Part shown: piece after piece, positions 40,518 through 51,794 of the stretch
How the letters are laid out: every line of letters begins with the position of its first letter
Position numbering within the stretch: the first letter of the stretch is position 1
Assembly: GCF_002105155.1 (NCBI RefSeq)
Contig: NW_019028982.1
Coordinates: 620,001 to 684,000 of the forward strand
DNA: 64,000 bases
From: Lobosporangium transversale
Taxonomy: Eukaryota
Reading direction: 5' to 3'
Translations under genes and position numbers: made by a program
Notes under the pieces: model-generated
Databases searched by the model: none
What the model was told of the DNA's origin: nothing
The model's input: only the letters and a program-made list of their open reading frames with translations

Positions 40518-41465
40518 TTCTTTTCATAAAGTGGGAATAAGGAAAATGATTGCCAAGCTTCTATACACCAAACCATTTCTTTTTCGACCTTACAACTTTG
40601 TTGTGAGTTCCTAGCATAATATTGATTCTTACAGTATTTCAGCATTGTATTTGCTGTAGTTGTCTTGGTCAGTGCAAGTACAGATGTCTGTTTTTATTTT
40701 TTTTTCTTTTCTTGAAAATCTTTAAGTAAGCACTTGGCTTCCTGCAATTGTGATGGATAATGATAATCCCAGTGAAGAGCAATTCGGTAAATGTAATCTT
40801 CTATGCTACAATGCAATGGTAAAATTAAACTGCGGGGATGGGCTAGGGATTAAAATTGGATGCCCTCAGGCGCATCAGGAAACATAGCGCGTTGTTCATA
40901 ATCTGAATGAGTTAAGGAAGTAATCCAACACCTGAGTGTAAAATGTTTTTTTTTATTGGTTCATCTGTTCCGCTTCATCTACTTCTACCCGCTTCTTCAG
41001 CTTCCTTACCGACCCTGATATGCTTGCATAACTATGATGTTGACTTCGCAGAAAGTTGGAGGTCATGTCAATGCGTTATAATATATATCTATATACTCTA
41101 TATATTAAAAAAAGACGAAAAAATTAGGTGTCTGCGAAATTAGGTGACTGCCTTCGGGTACCATAAATAAGCAACAGCTTGAGCATTCACTCATCTGTGG
41201 GTAACAAGAATCTGGGTGGCAAGGATCTCATTTAATTGGAGAATGGGTATCCAGTATAGAGTGATTGGATATTGGCTGTTTTACCAAGAGTCAAAATGTG
41301 ATTCCCTTTACTCCATGTGACACAGCCCTTATTTTGAAACTTTAAATTAGCATCCACTCTGCACTGTAGATTTGTTTTACTGTTCTAATTCCTCAACACA
41401 CCTTATTCTGAGTCCCTGCTTTAATTTTCCTCAGACCTTTTTTTTCATTGCTTTCGTTTATTTTA

Positions 41466-42161
41466 TCTGCTAAAAAAAAAAAAAAAAAAAAAAAAAAAGC
41501 CTGCCAAACGTTTTACACGTTCGTCGTCGGCTGCATCTCCCAGAAGCCAGTTGCCTACCAAGCGCCCTCGCTCTATTTATGGTGACTCGAACCACTCGGA
41601 AGCCGTTTCTCCGTCGGACAGCTTCACATCAGAGTTATGCAGACGCCAACTTCCAATCAAGCCAGCCTTCGCCATGGCCATCTCTACGTTGCTTTATCGC
41701 GGTGTACTGACCCAAACAATCTTAAGGTGCTGGTCGGGAATGGAAAGGTAGAAGATAAGCCTGGGATATACACCCAAACATTGTCTTCAAGGGTGCTTTG
41801 TAGTCACAATATCTTTGGTCTTCAGGTGTTCTGTCGCTTCTTCATCTCCAAGTCATTCACGTCGACTTTCAGCTCATCTCCATTGTTATTCTATCTGATA
41901 TTATTTCGCCAGATGTGTATTTTACTTTGTATTTTATTTTATATTTTACTTTGTATTTTATTTTATATTTTACTTTGTATTTTATTTTATATTTTACTTT
42001 GTATTTTATTTTATATTTTACTTTGTATTTTATTTTATATTTTACTTTATATTTTTTTTGGTACGATAATGATAACCTATTATGTTGTTCTCGCAAAATA
42101 ATTTATTGAGTTTTTTTACGAGGCAAGAGCAGGCCGTGGCGAAGCCACGGTCTCCGGCTCG
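41466..42161 (+). mobile_element. Non-autonomous Helitron remnant with a PIF1-helicase C-terminal fragment
   Basis: Helicase motifs RRQLPIKPAFAM and HGHLYVALSR. 3' hairpin CCGTGGC-GAA-GCCACGG (42134-42150) followed by CTCG|T (variant of CTRR|T). Candidate 5' end A|TCTGCT at 41465/41466. Confidence 0.75.
41917..42052. repeat. 24-bp minisatellite (GTATTTTATTTTATATTTTACTTT)n inside the Helitron remnant
   Basis: About 5 tandem copies; they generate the spurious LCILFYIL and KYKIKYKV ORFs. Confidence 0.9.
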
Positions 42162-42353
42162 TGTCCTTTATTCCAACAACATATGACTGTTGATGATTGT
42201 GAATGCATTGAATTCATGTATATTTTCTCTTTATTTGTGTACAATAGATGCAAATATATATACAATGTAGGTGGATACAGTAAAGAAGATACAATAATAA
42301 ACACATAAATCTATTCACTTCTCTCTCTCTTTTCTCGCCTTCGCGGTTCCCCC

Positions 42354-45070
42354 TTAGATCTGGACTTTACCAATCTCGAACACTTCATAGTCTTTAGGGT
42401 ATACGCCCTTAGTCAACTTCCTCTGAGAAGCAACAACAATTCTATAGACACCAGCAGGTAATTTGACAGGCACCGTTGAGGTCTTGGACTCCATAACCTG
42501 GCCTTCCCATATTCTCGGCGTAAAGACAAGATTACCTTGATCATCTACCATCTTATGCCTACCCAAGGGGCCGTAAGCTGTACCAGTCTTCGAGCTAAGG
42601 TACCCTCTGAAGACATTCTGGGAGTCATAGATACGGATCTCCCCTGAAGGCGTATGCGAGCCCAGACGAGTCAAGGCCACAGGCTTCATGGACGTGAGGT
42701 CAAAGAGATAGTCGCCTTTTTTCGAGACATCGGTCAGGTTACCAGTCGCGACATCCAAAGCACTCAAGGCCGGGAACCCAAGGCTAGTATCCATGATTGG
42801 GACCTGAGAAACATCTCCCTTGAGGCCGATATAAGGAATGCTGATAGGAATACCGTCCTTGGACGTAGGGGTCGCAGTGAGGTAACCAGAGTACAATGGG
42901 AATTGAGAGCTCTTCCCCGGCAGCAGGCTCGCGGAATCGAATAGTGACGGTTGCAGACCTGCCTGCTGGAATCCTGACCGACGTGGTCGAAAATGTGACG
43001 GATGCATAGTCAGCCTCAAGGACTGGCTGTAGCAGAGGGAATGTATTGTTTCCTGGGTACGAGTTGAGGGCATCAGCTGGTACATGCGATAAAGTGTAAG
43101 TCTCTGTACCCTTGCCATGGTTGCTAAGAGTAATCTGGACTGTTCTTTGGAGATGGTTTGTGTCCAGAAGGTCTATGTGATCCGGTGTAATGGAGGATGT
43201 GGCAGTAAGGGCATTAAATACATTGAGCAGACCAGCACCTTGCTTTGCAGCCGAAGTGTAAGTGTTTGTGATCGGATCCTTGAAGAAAGTAGCTGTGTTC
43301 TTGAAGACCTTGCGAACATCATCACCACGTGGTTTGGTTTTCTTTGCTTGAATGTAGAGAGCATGTGCGCCGGCGAAGTAAGGTGCAGCCATAGAGGTAC
43401 CAGACATGACTTTGTATCCCCCCAATTTGAGAGGGAAAGCCGATAAGATGTTCCCACCAGGAGCCGAAACATCGGGCTTGGATCGTAGATCACCATCCAC
43501 ACCAAGGGAAGAGAAGCTTGATGGTCGACCGCCGCCTCGACCCAGAAGCTGGCTGGTGTCTTACTCCAAGTGAGCCTGTGTTGAGAGTCTTGTTTGTAAG
43601 CGGCGATCAGCTCTGTGCCGGTCTTGTGTTCAATGGATGCCATAGGGAACTCCGGGATGCCACCGACGCCTCCCAAGCCAAAAGGGATGGTCTGAATTAG
43701 AATGCCAGCTGCACCAGCCTCTTTGGCGATCGTACCGCGGTCACCAGACTTGCAGCGGGCGAGATCTCCGAGGACGAGGACAACCTTCCCCTTGACATTT
43801 AAGCCTCCGTATGCGTCCGCGTTGCATCCGTCCGCAAGTGTACCGTTCTGATGGAGCACAGGGACTAAAGTGGCAGAAATAGGGAGGTTGATGGCCTTGC
43901 CATAGGCATCTGAAGGCACATAAGAGTATCTACCTCCAGCGTATGTGAAGTAAGCATAAGTACCAACAATGTTATCAAAGGAGCCCACAGAAGTAGAGAG
44001 ATCACCAAGGCTTGAGTCTGAGACCATCCAGACACCATGTTCTCCATCGTTACCAGCTGCTACAATAATGGCCATTCCTCTAGCAATCAGTTTATCGCCA
44101 AGCACAGCTGGTGGATTACTTTTGAAAGCCGATCCTCCGCCTAAGGACATGTTGATCAGCTATGATATGACAAAAAAAAAAAAAGGTTTGTTTGTATTTG
44201 TTTGTATTTGTTTGTATTTGTTTGTGTCACAAAAATGTATGCAACTTTTTTTTTCCAACCTACATCCATACCGTCGTGGTATGCGCGCTCCATTGCAGCC
44301 ATGATTAGATCATCTGTGGTACTACCTGTACACCCAAAGATACGATACGCGCCCAAAGTCGCCTCAGGTGCCACGCCTACAAATGGCTGTGGAGGCTTAA
44401 GGCTGGACTTGATGTTCAGAGCATCCGCTCCAATAATACCTGCAACATGTGTGCCATGGCCTTGGCAGTCCATAGGATTTGGCCCAGGCGTAGGCTCGTT
44501 GCCACCATTGTACTCATCCCCTACAAAATCCCATCCATACGCAATACGGCAGTTCTTCCCAAAGCACCCCTTGGTGGCACCACGGCCTGCGAAGGCTGGG
44601 TGGTTGTAATCGATGCCAGTATCGATCACCCCAATTTTGACGCCTCTACCTGTCAGCTTCAGCTTACGGTGGACAATATCAACGCCTGTCATAGAGTGGT
44701 AGGAGGCTGCTGCAGGGTCCGTAGCATTGATGGCAGAAGGGCGAGGCTTTGGAATTGAGTATAAGCGGATCGGCCAGACATTTTTGATAGTGGGAATGAC
44801 TGCTAAATCGTTGCCATCATGGGCTGAGAGGACAGAAATGGCTACACCATTGAAGATACCATACTCATTCCTGACCTCATAGGAAACTTGATGATCATCT
44901 AAGGATGAGTAGGCGTTAGAGTGCATGACTCCATCCTCATACTCAATGATGAAGCCGCGAGCAACGGTTGTGTCTAATGGTGATGACATAGGATCAAAGT
45001 CGTGATATGTCCCAGCAGAGACGAGAGCCACAGCTGTGAGCATCGAGACAATAGTGTTGAGGGTCTTCAT
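42354..45070 (-). CDS. Secreted subtilisin S8 protease (Vpr/C5a-like, PA and Fn3-like domains); one intron ~44159-44261; two frameshifts (~43535, ~42917)
   Basis: Signal peptide; catalytic VIDTG, HGTHVAG, AAGN and SGTSMA. The domain chain is spread over three frames after the intron, switching at G-rich sites. Confidence 0.88.
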
Positions 45071-47261
45071 TTCTCCAGGCTAAGTAATATCTGGATTGAT
45101 GATTGAGTGGCGAAATGTGTGCACTAAAAAATAACGGCCTCTCTAATTGAGGTCTTCTCTAATGATAAAGGTAAAGGGTAAAGTGATGATAAAGGAGTCG
45201 ATAGCGGTAATTGAATAGATGACGAAGTTAGGACAAGAATATGAAGATCAGAAACAAGTCGATCGGAGTAGAAGGAAATGATAAGTTGAATGAAAATATG
45301 AGAGAGAAACAAGGTCCTTTTTATATCTGATCTGTGGGTGCGTGCGCAAGTGGCTGTGTAACAAGCCAGAACTCCGAATCTAAAAAAAAAATGCATTCGA
45401 AAGACGAGGCGCAAATCATGCTGCATCCAACGGACTACCGAAAATCAGAATTCTAAACGTTAAACATTACATTTTCGAGGCCAGGTACATCAACTTATGG
45501 CACTCCATTTGTTCTGAGTACTGATTTCATTTGTTGGGCGTGTTTCATTTCATTAGACACACTACAGGGCTTGGTATTCCCAAGGAAGAAATGATTAGGG
45601 CAATAAGCAGCCTATAATTAATGATGACCGAAATGAACAACATCCTGTCATTTATAAGGTCTTTACCATTGACAGTGTGGGTTTTTTTTGTTGTTGCCAT
45701 GAAACCGTATTTGAATTGGTAGGCTAATAAAGCTCAAATGCAGCTACGTACATCCCAAGCCTCATATAAGCATAGTAAGTTTTTGATGTTTTGGATGTAC
45801 CAGTTACTGTGAGCTTGATAAGTACCATTGTTCCCTTCATGAAGCCCACTGCAATGCTTTTCCCTCAGCCTTTTATCTTACAATGAGAACTACCTTTGAA
45901 CAGAGCCTCTATTTAATTTCTGCCATTGAAACTCTTGTTGCTGTTATCTCATACCTGCTTTAGAATTCTTATATGGTTCACCGCTAGGTATTTACTTCCC
46001 TGCCTTCGTCCCGTCTAAATTAACTAAAAGATACCTTTCTCCTTAGTTTATCGCTCATTTTGTCTTCTACTGATGAAAATACTGCAGAGCTTGGAAGATG
46101 ATCCTGTCTATACTGAACCTGATGCTTTACTATACCTTTATTCGCTTTAAGAGACGCGATGCAGTCCTGCCTTTCATGAGCGAAAAACATAGGAGTTCTT
46201 TTTATTTATTATCTATCTCTATTTTCCGTGGTGCTGGAGAAAGTAAGCGCTAAAGGAGCCGACTTTCTCGATAACTGTGTATTAATTAAGATGCTTGAGA
46301 CAGCATCAATGGCATTCGAGTTCAGAACCTATTCCAAGTAAGGCAGGCTTTGGCCATGATATCTACAAACTGGTTTCTGGAAAGTGAGCTAACCAATTAG
46401 ATATTAGCTCGATTGCAGCGTGTGCAACGAACGCTGTAAGCACGTTTTTAACATCTTAAGCACGACAACACTTCTTCTAGCGCAGCGGATTAGAACTCTT
46501 TTTTTTAGCTAGGAACACATTGGGCTGGGGACTTTAGTTGGAGAGATCTGATTTGGCGCAAGGTTCAGATCTTTCTGTACAAATGTGCGTGCAAATGTCC
46601 ACAGATGGTCCACAGGACAATATGTCTATGAAATTTATATACATTGTCACTGAGAGACATTCCAGCACAGAAGTAAGATCTCCAAAAGGTGGCAGTGCGA
46701 ACTTTAAATTGGCTGAGTATGTTTTCACCAAAAGTGCGAGACGAGTGGCTGCAAAGCTTTGTTTGGAGACAAGAATAGGAATTGAGTTTTGAATGTTAAT
46801 TACAAATAAAAACTTGTGATAGATGCATTATACTGAATAAACAAAACATGCGAACTCCAGGGCACTCCATTTTAAATGTCTTGGTGAAGATAATGGCCGC
46901 AGAGTCCATGCCTGGCCTCTTCACTGCCACAACCCATCAGAAAGGCTCTCTTTTTTGCTGAATCTTTGATGACAGAGTCAACGCACTTTTCTACCAACGC
47001 TTATTGTTTTGATTTCCGCTGTTTTGGGATTAAGGTACCAAATAAGGAAGCCAATGACGATCGGCCACAGCACTGCCATCCGCACTCTTTCATATAAGCA
47101 CAGCTCGTATTCTACCCTCTTTGATTTTCGCCATCAGTATTCTACAAGAGCTGCTCAGCTACTCACCACTTCTCCTCTTACCTTTATTTATTACGAAAAC
47201 ATTCTTTATATGCCCCTATTCCTATTAAATCTCCATTCTGAAAAAGTCTAAACGCATAATC

Positions 47262-47691
47262 ATGGTTGTACTATCACTCCGTAATCTGATCCTGTCAGTA
47301 TCCCTGGCTACGTTCGCTACTCTGACACCATTTTCTAATGCTGCACCTACGCCTCCAGTACCTCAAGTGGATGCCTGTGGGGTGCTTGGTTTTATGAACA
47401 GCTCATCAATCACTTACGACGATGTCTCTGCTTGCTATAAAGCCATTCCATATGATCCAGTGGTGGCAAGTGCGACCTTGAAGACACTTCATGCCTTCTT
47501 CAATGATAACTATGTCTTCTGTGATTCAGCATTGACCCCAGATCTGAAGGTACCCTTCTCCTGCCCCCCTGTGGACATTGTCAAGGAGTTTGAGCGGATT
47601 GGGCAGACAAAGTACACTGGTGACTACAGCTTTCACTTAGATGTCTCTAGGGCTATTAATGGACTCTATGATACCCACGCTAGTTATAACA
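47262..47691 (+). pseudogene. Orphan first exon of a secreted fungal peptidase S41 (CPAF-like) family gene; truncated
   Basis: Signal peptide plus DACG...ITYDDVSACYKAIPY...VDIVKEFERI...YTGDYSFHLDVSRAINGLYDTHASY, resembling the fungal S41 N-terminus. Donor GTAAG at 47692; no downstream catalytic exons before the next gene. Confidence 0.6.
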
Positions 47692-47927
47692 GTAAGCTCT
47701 AAAAAAAAAAAAAAAAAAAAAAAAAAGATAACATTTGTAAATTGCTAATTTCCTCCTTCATGGTATAAACGTAATATACAGCTTCAGCTCTGATCGGGAC
47801 GCGTAAATGTGGGGAAACTACGGGAGCAGATGAAAAAAAATATTCAAGCTGTTCTTTCTATCCTTTGATCCGAGCGGTAATCCATCTGTTTAGCTCTTCT
47901 TTTGGGTATTGAGTTCGACATGGTCAT

Positions 47928-47959
<32 letters not shown>

Positions 47960-48502
47960 GTGAAGAAAACATTTTAATCATCAAGTGAATAGAAAGGAGT
48001 AGATCAGAGATCGGGTGCAATGTCGTTCGTCAATGCCGAGCTTTAAGGAGACACATGTAAGAAGAGTCTATACAGTATTTTTTATTATTTTTTATTTGGA
48101 CCCAATTTCTTCTCTTCCTTCTCTCTTTGCCGTCCACGACAGTAGCATCAAGCATCGAGGTAGCTTACTTTTAGGGGTATATGTATTTGCTCTTTTATTT
48201 TTATTTTATTATATTTTACTTTTTTTATATTCCTCTTTCCGAACATTGAAAAAACGTTTGTTACTTTATCATTCTCTTAGACTAGGAACCCCATACAAAT
48301 GTGAAATTTGCCGAAGAAAGCATTCCGCTTACGCAGAACAGATGTGTATGCGTTGCCTGTCTCTTAAACAGGTCCATCGGTTTTTTGATCACGGTGCTCG
48401 GCAGCTTTTTTTTTTCAGAGTGCAACATAGACTAGGTTTTTTTTTTTTTTTTTTTGTTTTTTTTTTTTGTTTGTTTATTTGTCAGTTGCCTTTGTTTCTT
48501 CA

Positions 48503-49359
48503 CTATTGATGCCCATCATCCATCTTCCCATCAGGGAAACGATCACTAACAACGCCTAAATGCAAGATACGACATCCACTCTGGCAGACTGGGTCCACAG
48601 ACTTGCCCACAACAATACCGTCCTCAGGCGCATAATACCGATGCTCCTCCTCGCCAAAGATGTTATACAACGTCGCGATCAACTCACCCTTGCGCACCCA
48701 TGTGTTCACGTCCGGCAACACATTTAGAATTCCACCATCCTTGGTGAAGATCCAATACTAGTAGGAGCAATAGTATTGAGCAATGATAGACCGTAAGTTA
48801 TCACAAATAAAATAAAAAAAAGATTTGTTTTTTTTTTTTTTCTTTTTCTTTTTGGTGCTTACACTTTTGGCGCAGACAACGGGGTCATAATCCGGGGCTT
48901 CATGTTCGTCCTCAATCATCTTGAGATGGCCCAAGATATTGGTCACACCCAGGATCGCACTCTTTACAAATCGCTTCTGGAACCTTGCAGGGTCTCCGAT
49001 CTCGACTGTAATGGCCGGAATATTATATTCCTGCATCGCTGCTCCGCGCAATGATCCATCTGGTGATGTATTATGCACAATGATCTGAGGGTTCTGTAAC
49101 CGGGCCATGTGACGTGTTGTTGGGTTTTGCATATTTGCTCGAACATACAACGAGTTTACACGACCCTTGGATGCAGTGTGAAGGTCGATCAGGTGAGTGA
49201 AATGACGAATAACTCGAGTCATCAGATTGTACGAGTATACTTGCGATGTCGATCCATTCTTCTTGCTGTAACAGCCATAATGAGAGTAATAGTGTTATTG
49301 TTGTTGTTTTCCTCAAAGGCTCATATAACAGAGCAATCATCAACCAGATCATAACTGGC

Positions 49360-49410
<51 letters not shown>

Positions 49411-50909
49411 TTACCCTGGCATTACTCGATTGAGATCAATGCCATCACTAAACCCACGTTGACCAAGCAAGTATCCAGGAACATTTGCAACAGGCACAGC
49501 AACCACAATTCCGTGGAGAGCCTGGCATTGAATTTCATGAAGTACAAGTCGATGCGTCAAAGGAATTCCATTCAGCTCGTTGCCATGTAGAGCTGCGGTC
49601 TATTTGCGAAAATAATAAGAACATATATTGATAGATAAAATAGTATGGTTTTAATAAATGGTACAATTCCCAACCTTCTTGCCACCCTTGGCCTGATCAA
49701 TCAAAGTATCAAGAAAAAGAAAAAGAAAAAGAAAAAAAGACTGGTTATACACATATTATACATACCAGGCCCACAACAGGTCCAGGACGGACTCCTTTGG
49801 CAACAATGACAGGTATTTTGATAGGACTGCTCATTGCGTCTTGCGCAAGCATGATCCAAAGACGTGTCAAGCGGCCAGAAGGAAGACTATTTAAATCTAG
49901 ATCTTCCAGTACAGGATAATCTTTGGGATCAAGGTTTAATTGCATCGGTGACACTCGTTCAGCTACCACAGGCGCACGTTTTCTCCATAGCTAACCAGTC
50001 ACCAGTAAAGAAGAAAAAAGATGTTAGTAGATGTGCATATGAAGCTATTTGTCTTCATAAAAACAAAAACTGCTATGCAAGCAGTCATTCTTTTTGCGTC
50101 ATATGCTTACTGTTCTGGCTTCAGCCAACAAATGTTCGTCCTTCTCACTCTTTGCAAATGTCCTCTCTGTCACCATCTTCCAAAACTCAAGGCTCAAAGT
50201 CGAGACTCCATCAATGTAATTATAATAAAAGATACTCTTGGAGTTAGTTTGAGGTGAATTTACATTGCGAATAAAGTCCTGTGCATAGAGGCTGGATGCT
50301 GGCTCGGGATAGTTACGAGGTAAATAGATCGTGGGTGTGCTTCGACCATGGCCTTGAATACCAAGAGCATTGATCATGGTCAAAGATGAAGCAAGGTCAG
50401 AATCCGCTTGTGGTGTAGTAGGATAAGCAATCGCATTAGGTGAATCAGACTGATGTTTCCTTAACAAGCCACTGCCACCACCATTGACAGGGGTATGGAT
50501 GGCAGAAGAGTCTGGTGATGATGACAACGCTTGACCTGGCGCTGCTACGTTACAACTACGGTAATGTTTGTCAAACTTTTTGATGATCTTTTTGAAGCCA
50601 GTAATATTGGTCTGGCTGAACTCACGGAGGTATTCTAGGTTAAGAATTAGGACAGTAAGATCGCTGCGCCTAAAGTTTCCATTCCAAAAAAAAAAAAAAA
50701 AAAAAAAAAAAATTAAGTGTCAATGACGTTAATTGAATAATATGTTCGATATGTAACTGCTTTTTTTTCTGTTCGTTATGGTCACAACTATTATAACGCT
50801 TACCAATGCTTTAGCTCCGCTGGTGTAAAGTTGGATCGCCACTAATAAAAAATAAACATAAAACCAAAAAGAAAATCAGATAAGAGAGAACTTGGTAAAA
50901 GTGAAAGAG

Positions 50910-50940
<31 letters not shown>

Positions 50941-51426
50941 AAAAGAAAAAGATTCACATACGCTTGCATTCAATCGGTCCAGACTAACAGACGCAACACG
51001 TTCTTGGGCGTCATAGCGCGCATTGACTTTTTCTAGCTCCGCCCAGAGCAAGGCCTTGAATCCATCAACAATAGCATTCAAGCTTGCCTCTTGGGTCTTT
51101 GCATTCGCATTCTTCTCATTTCTGATGGTTTGATTCTGTATCTTTGCAAGATCAATTGTTCCTTTAGCTGCCAATGCTTCCTGGTTGGAGTGTTCTCCTT
51201 GATTTTTGGCCTCAGTTGCAGGGCTGGCATAACCCACTTCCAAAGCTGCGTCTGCATTAGAATCCGAGCCGTCAATGGCTGTTGTTGATCTAGGTTTTGA
51301 TTCAGTAGTGGCAGTAGAGTCATCCTGATCACTCTGACCCGGTTTTTCCTGATCTTCATGATCCACGCTCTCTAATGACTCTAATGGCCCTGATAAACAG
51401 AAGTAGATCCACAAACTTGATTAACT

Positions 51427-51457
<31 letters not shown>

Positions 51458-51615
51458 GTTTGTTTGCTTTGTAATCATTATTAATTTGATATGATTCCTT
51501 TACCAGCCAAATCCCTAAAAGATGTTTTGATGTATTGCTTCAAAGACTTGTAATCAATGTAATAAGGAGCCCAACTAGGAATACTCCTAAGACCAAGTTG
51601 TTTTGCAAACTTCAT
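48503..51615 (-). CDS. SPX domain fused to an AstE/AspA (succinylglutamate desuccinylase/aspartoacylase, M14-like) zinc deacylase; 8 exons, 734 aa
   Basis: Exons 51615-51504, 51389-50962, 50841-50804, 50669-50111, 49990-49766, 49599-49415, 49265-48863 and 48757-48503 total 2205 nt, all GT-AG and phase-consistent. SPX motifs: MKFAKQL, WAPYYIDYKSLKQYIK, NITGFKKIIKKFDK. Deacylase motifs: ALHGNELNG, DLNR, IDLHT, ITVEIG, plus a C-terminal barrel (YAPEDGIVVG). Confidence 0.88.
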
Positions 51616-51758
51616 TCTTGCTTATTTGCTTTTAAAAATAAAATAAATATCTAGCTATGATCTAAGCGTGTGGCTGTGACAGCTGCTAAAAAGTCGAGAA
51701 GTGAAATTGAATGTACAGAATGTACAGAATGTGCAGAATGCACAAGCAGTAATGACAG

Positions 51759-51794
<36 letters not shown>

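Larger units (their letters stand above)
35190..41060. repeat. Tandem segmental duplication of two ~2.7-3.0-kb units (DJ-1 gene plus upstream region)
   Basis: Paired non-coding anchors: agagtaag.agact.gcgaa.ctcgat at ~35195/~38047, gagagcgacctcattgg at ~37038/~40132, and gacttcgcagaaag at ~37776/~41042. Unit 2 carries an extra ~300 bp at ~39630-39925. Confidence 0.85.

Noticed and set aside
41869..42109. KYKIKYKV / LYFILYFT repeat ORFs, and a CRISPR-like appearance
   Set aside because: A spacer-less 24-bp minisatellite in a eukaryotic context, not a gene or CRISPR array.
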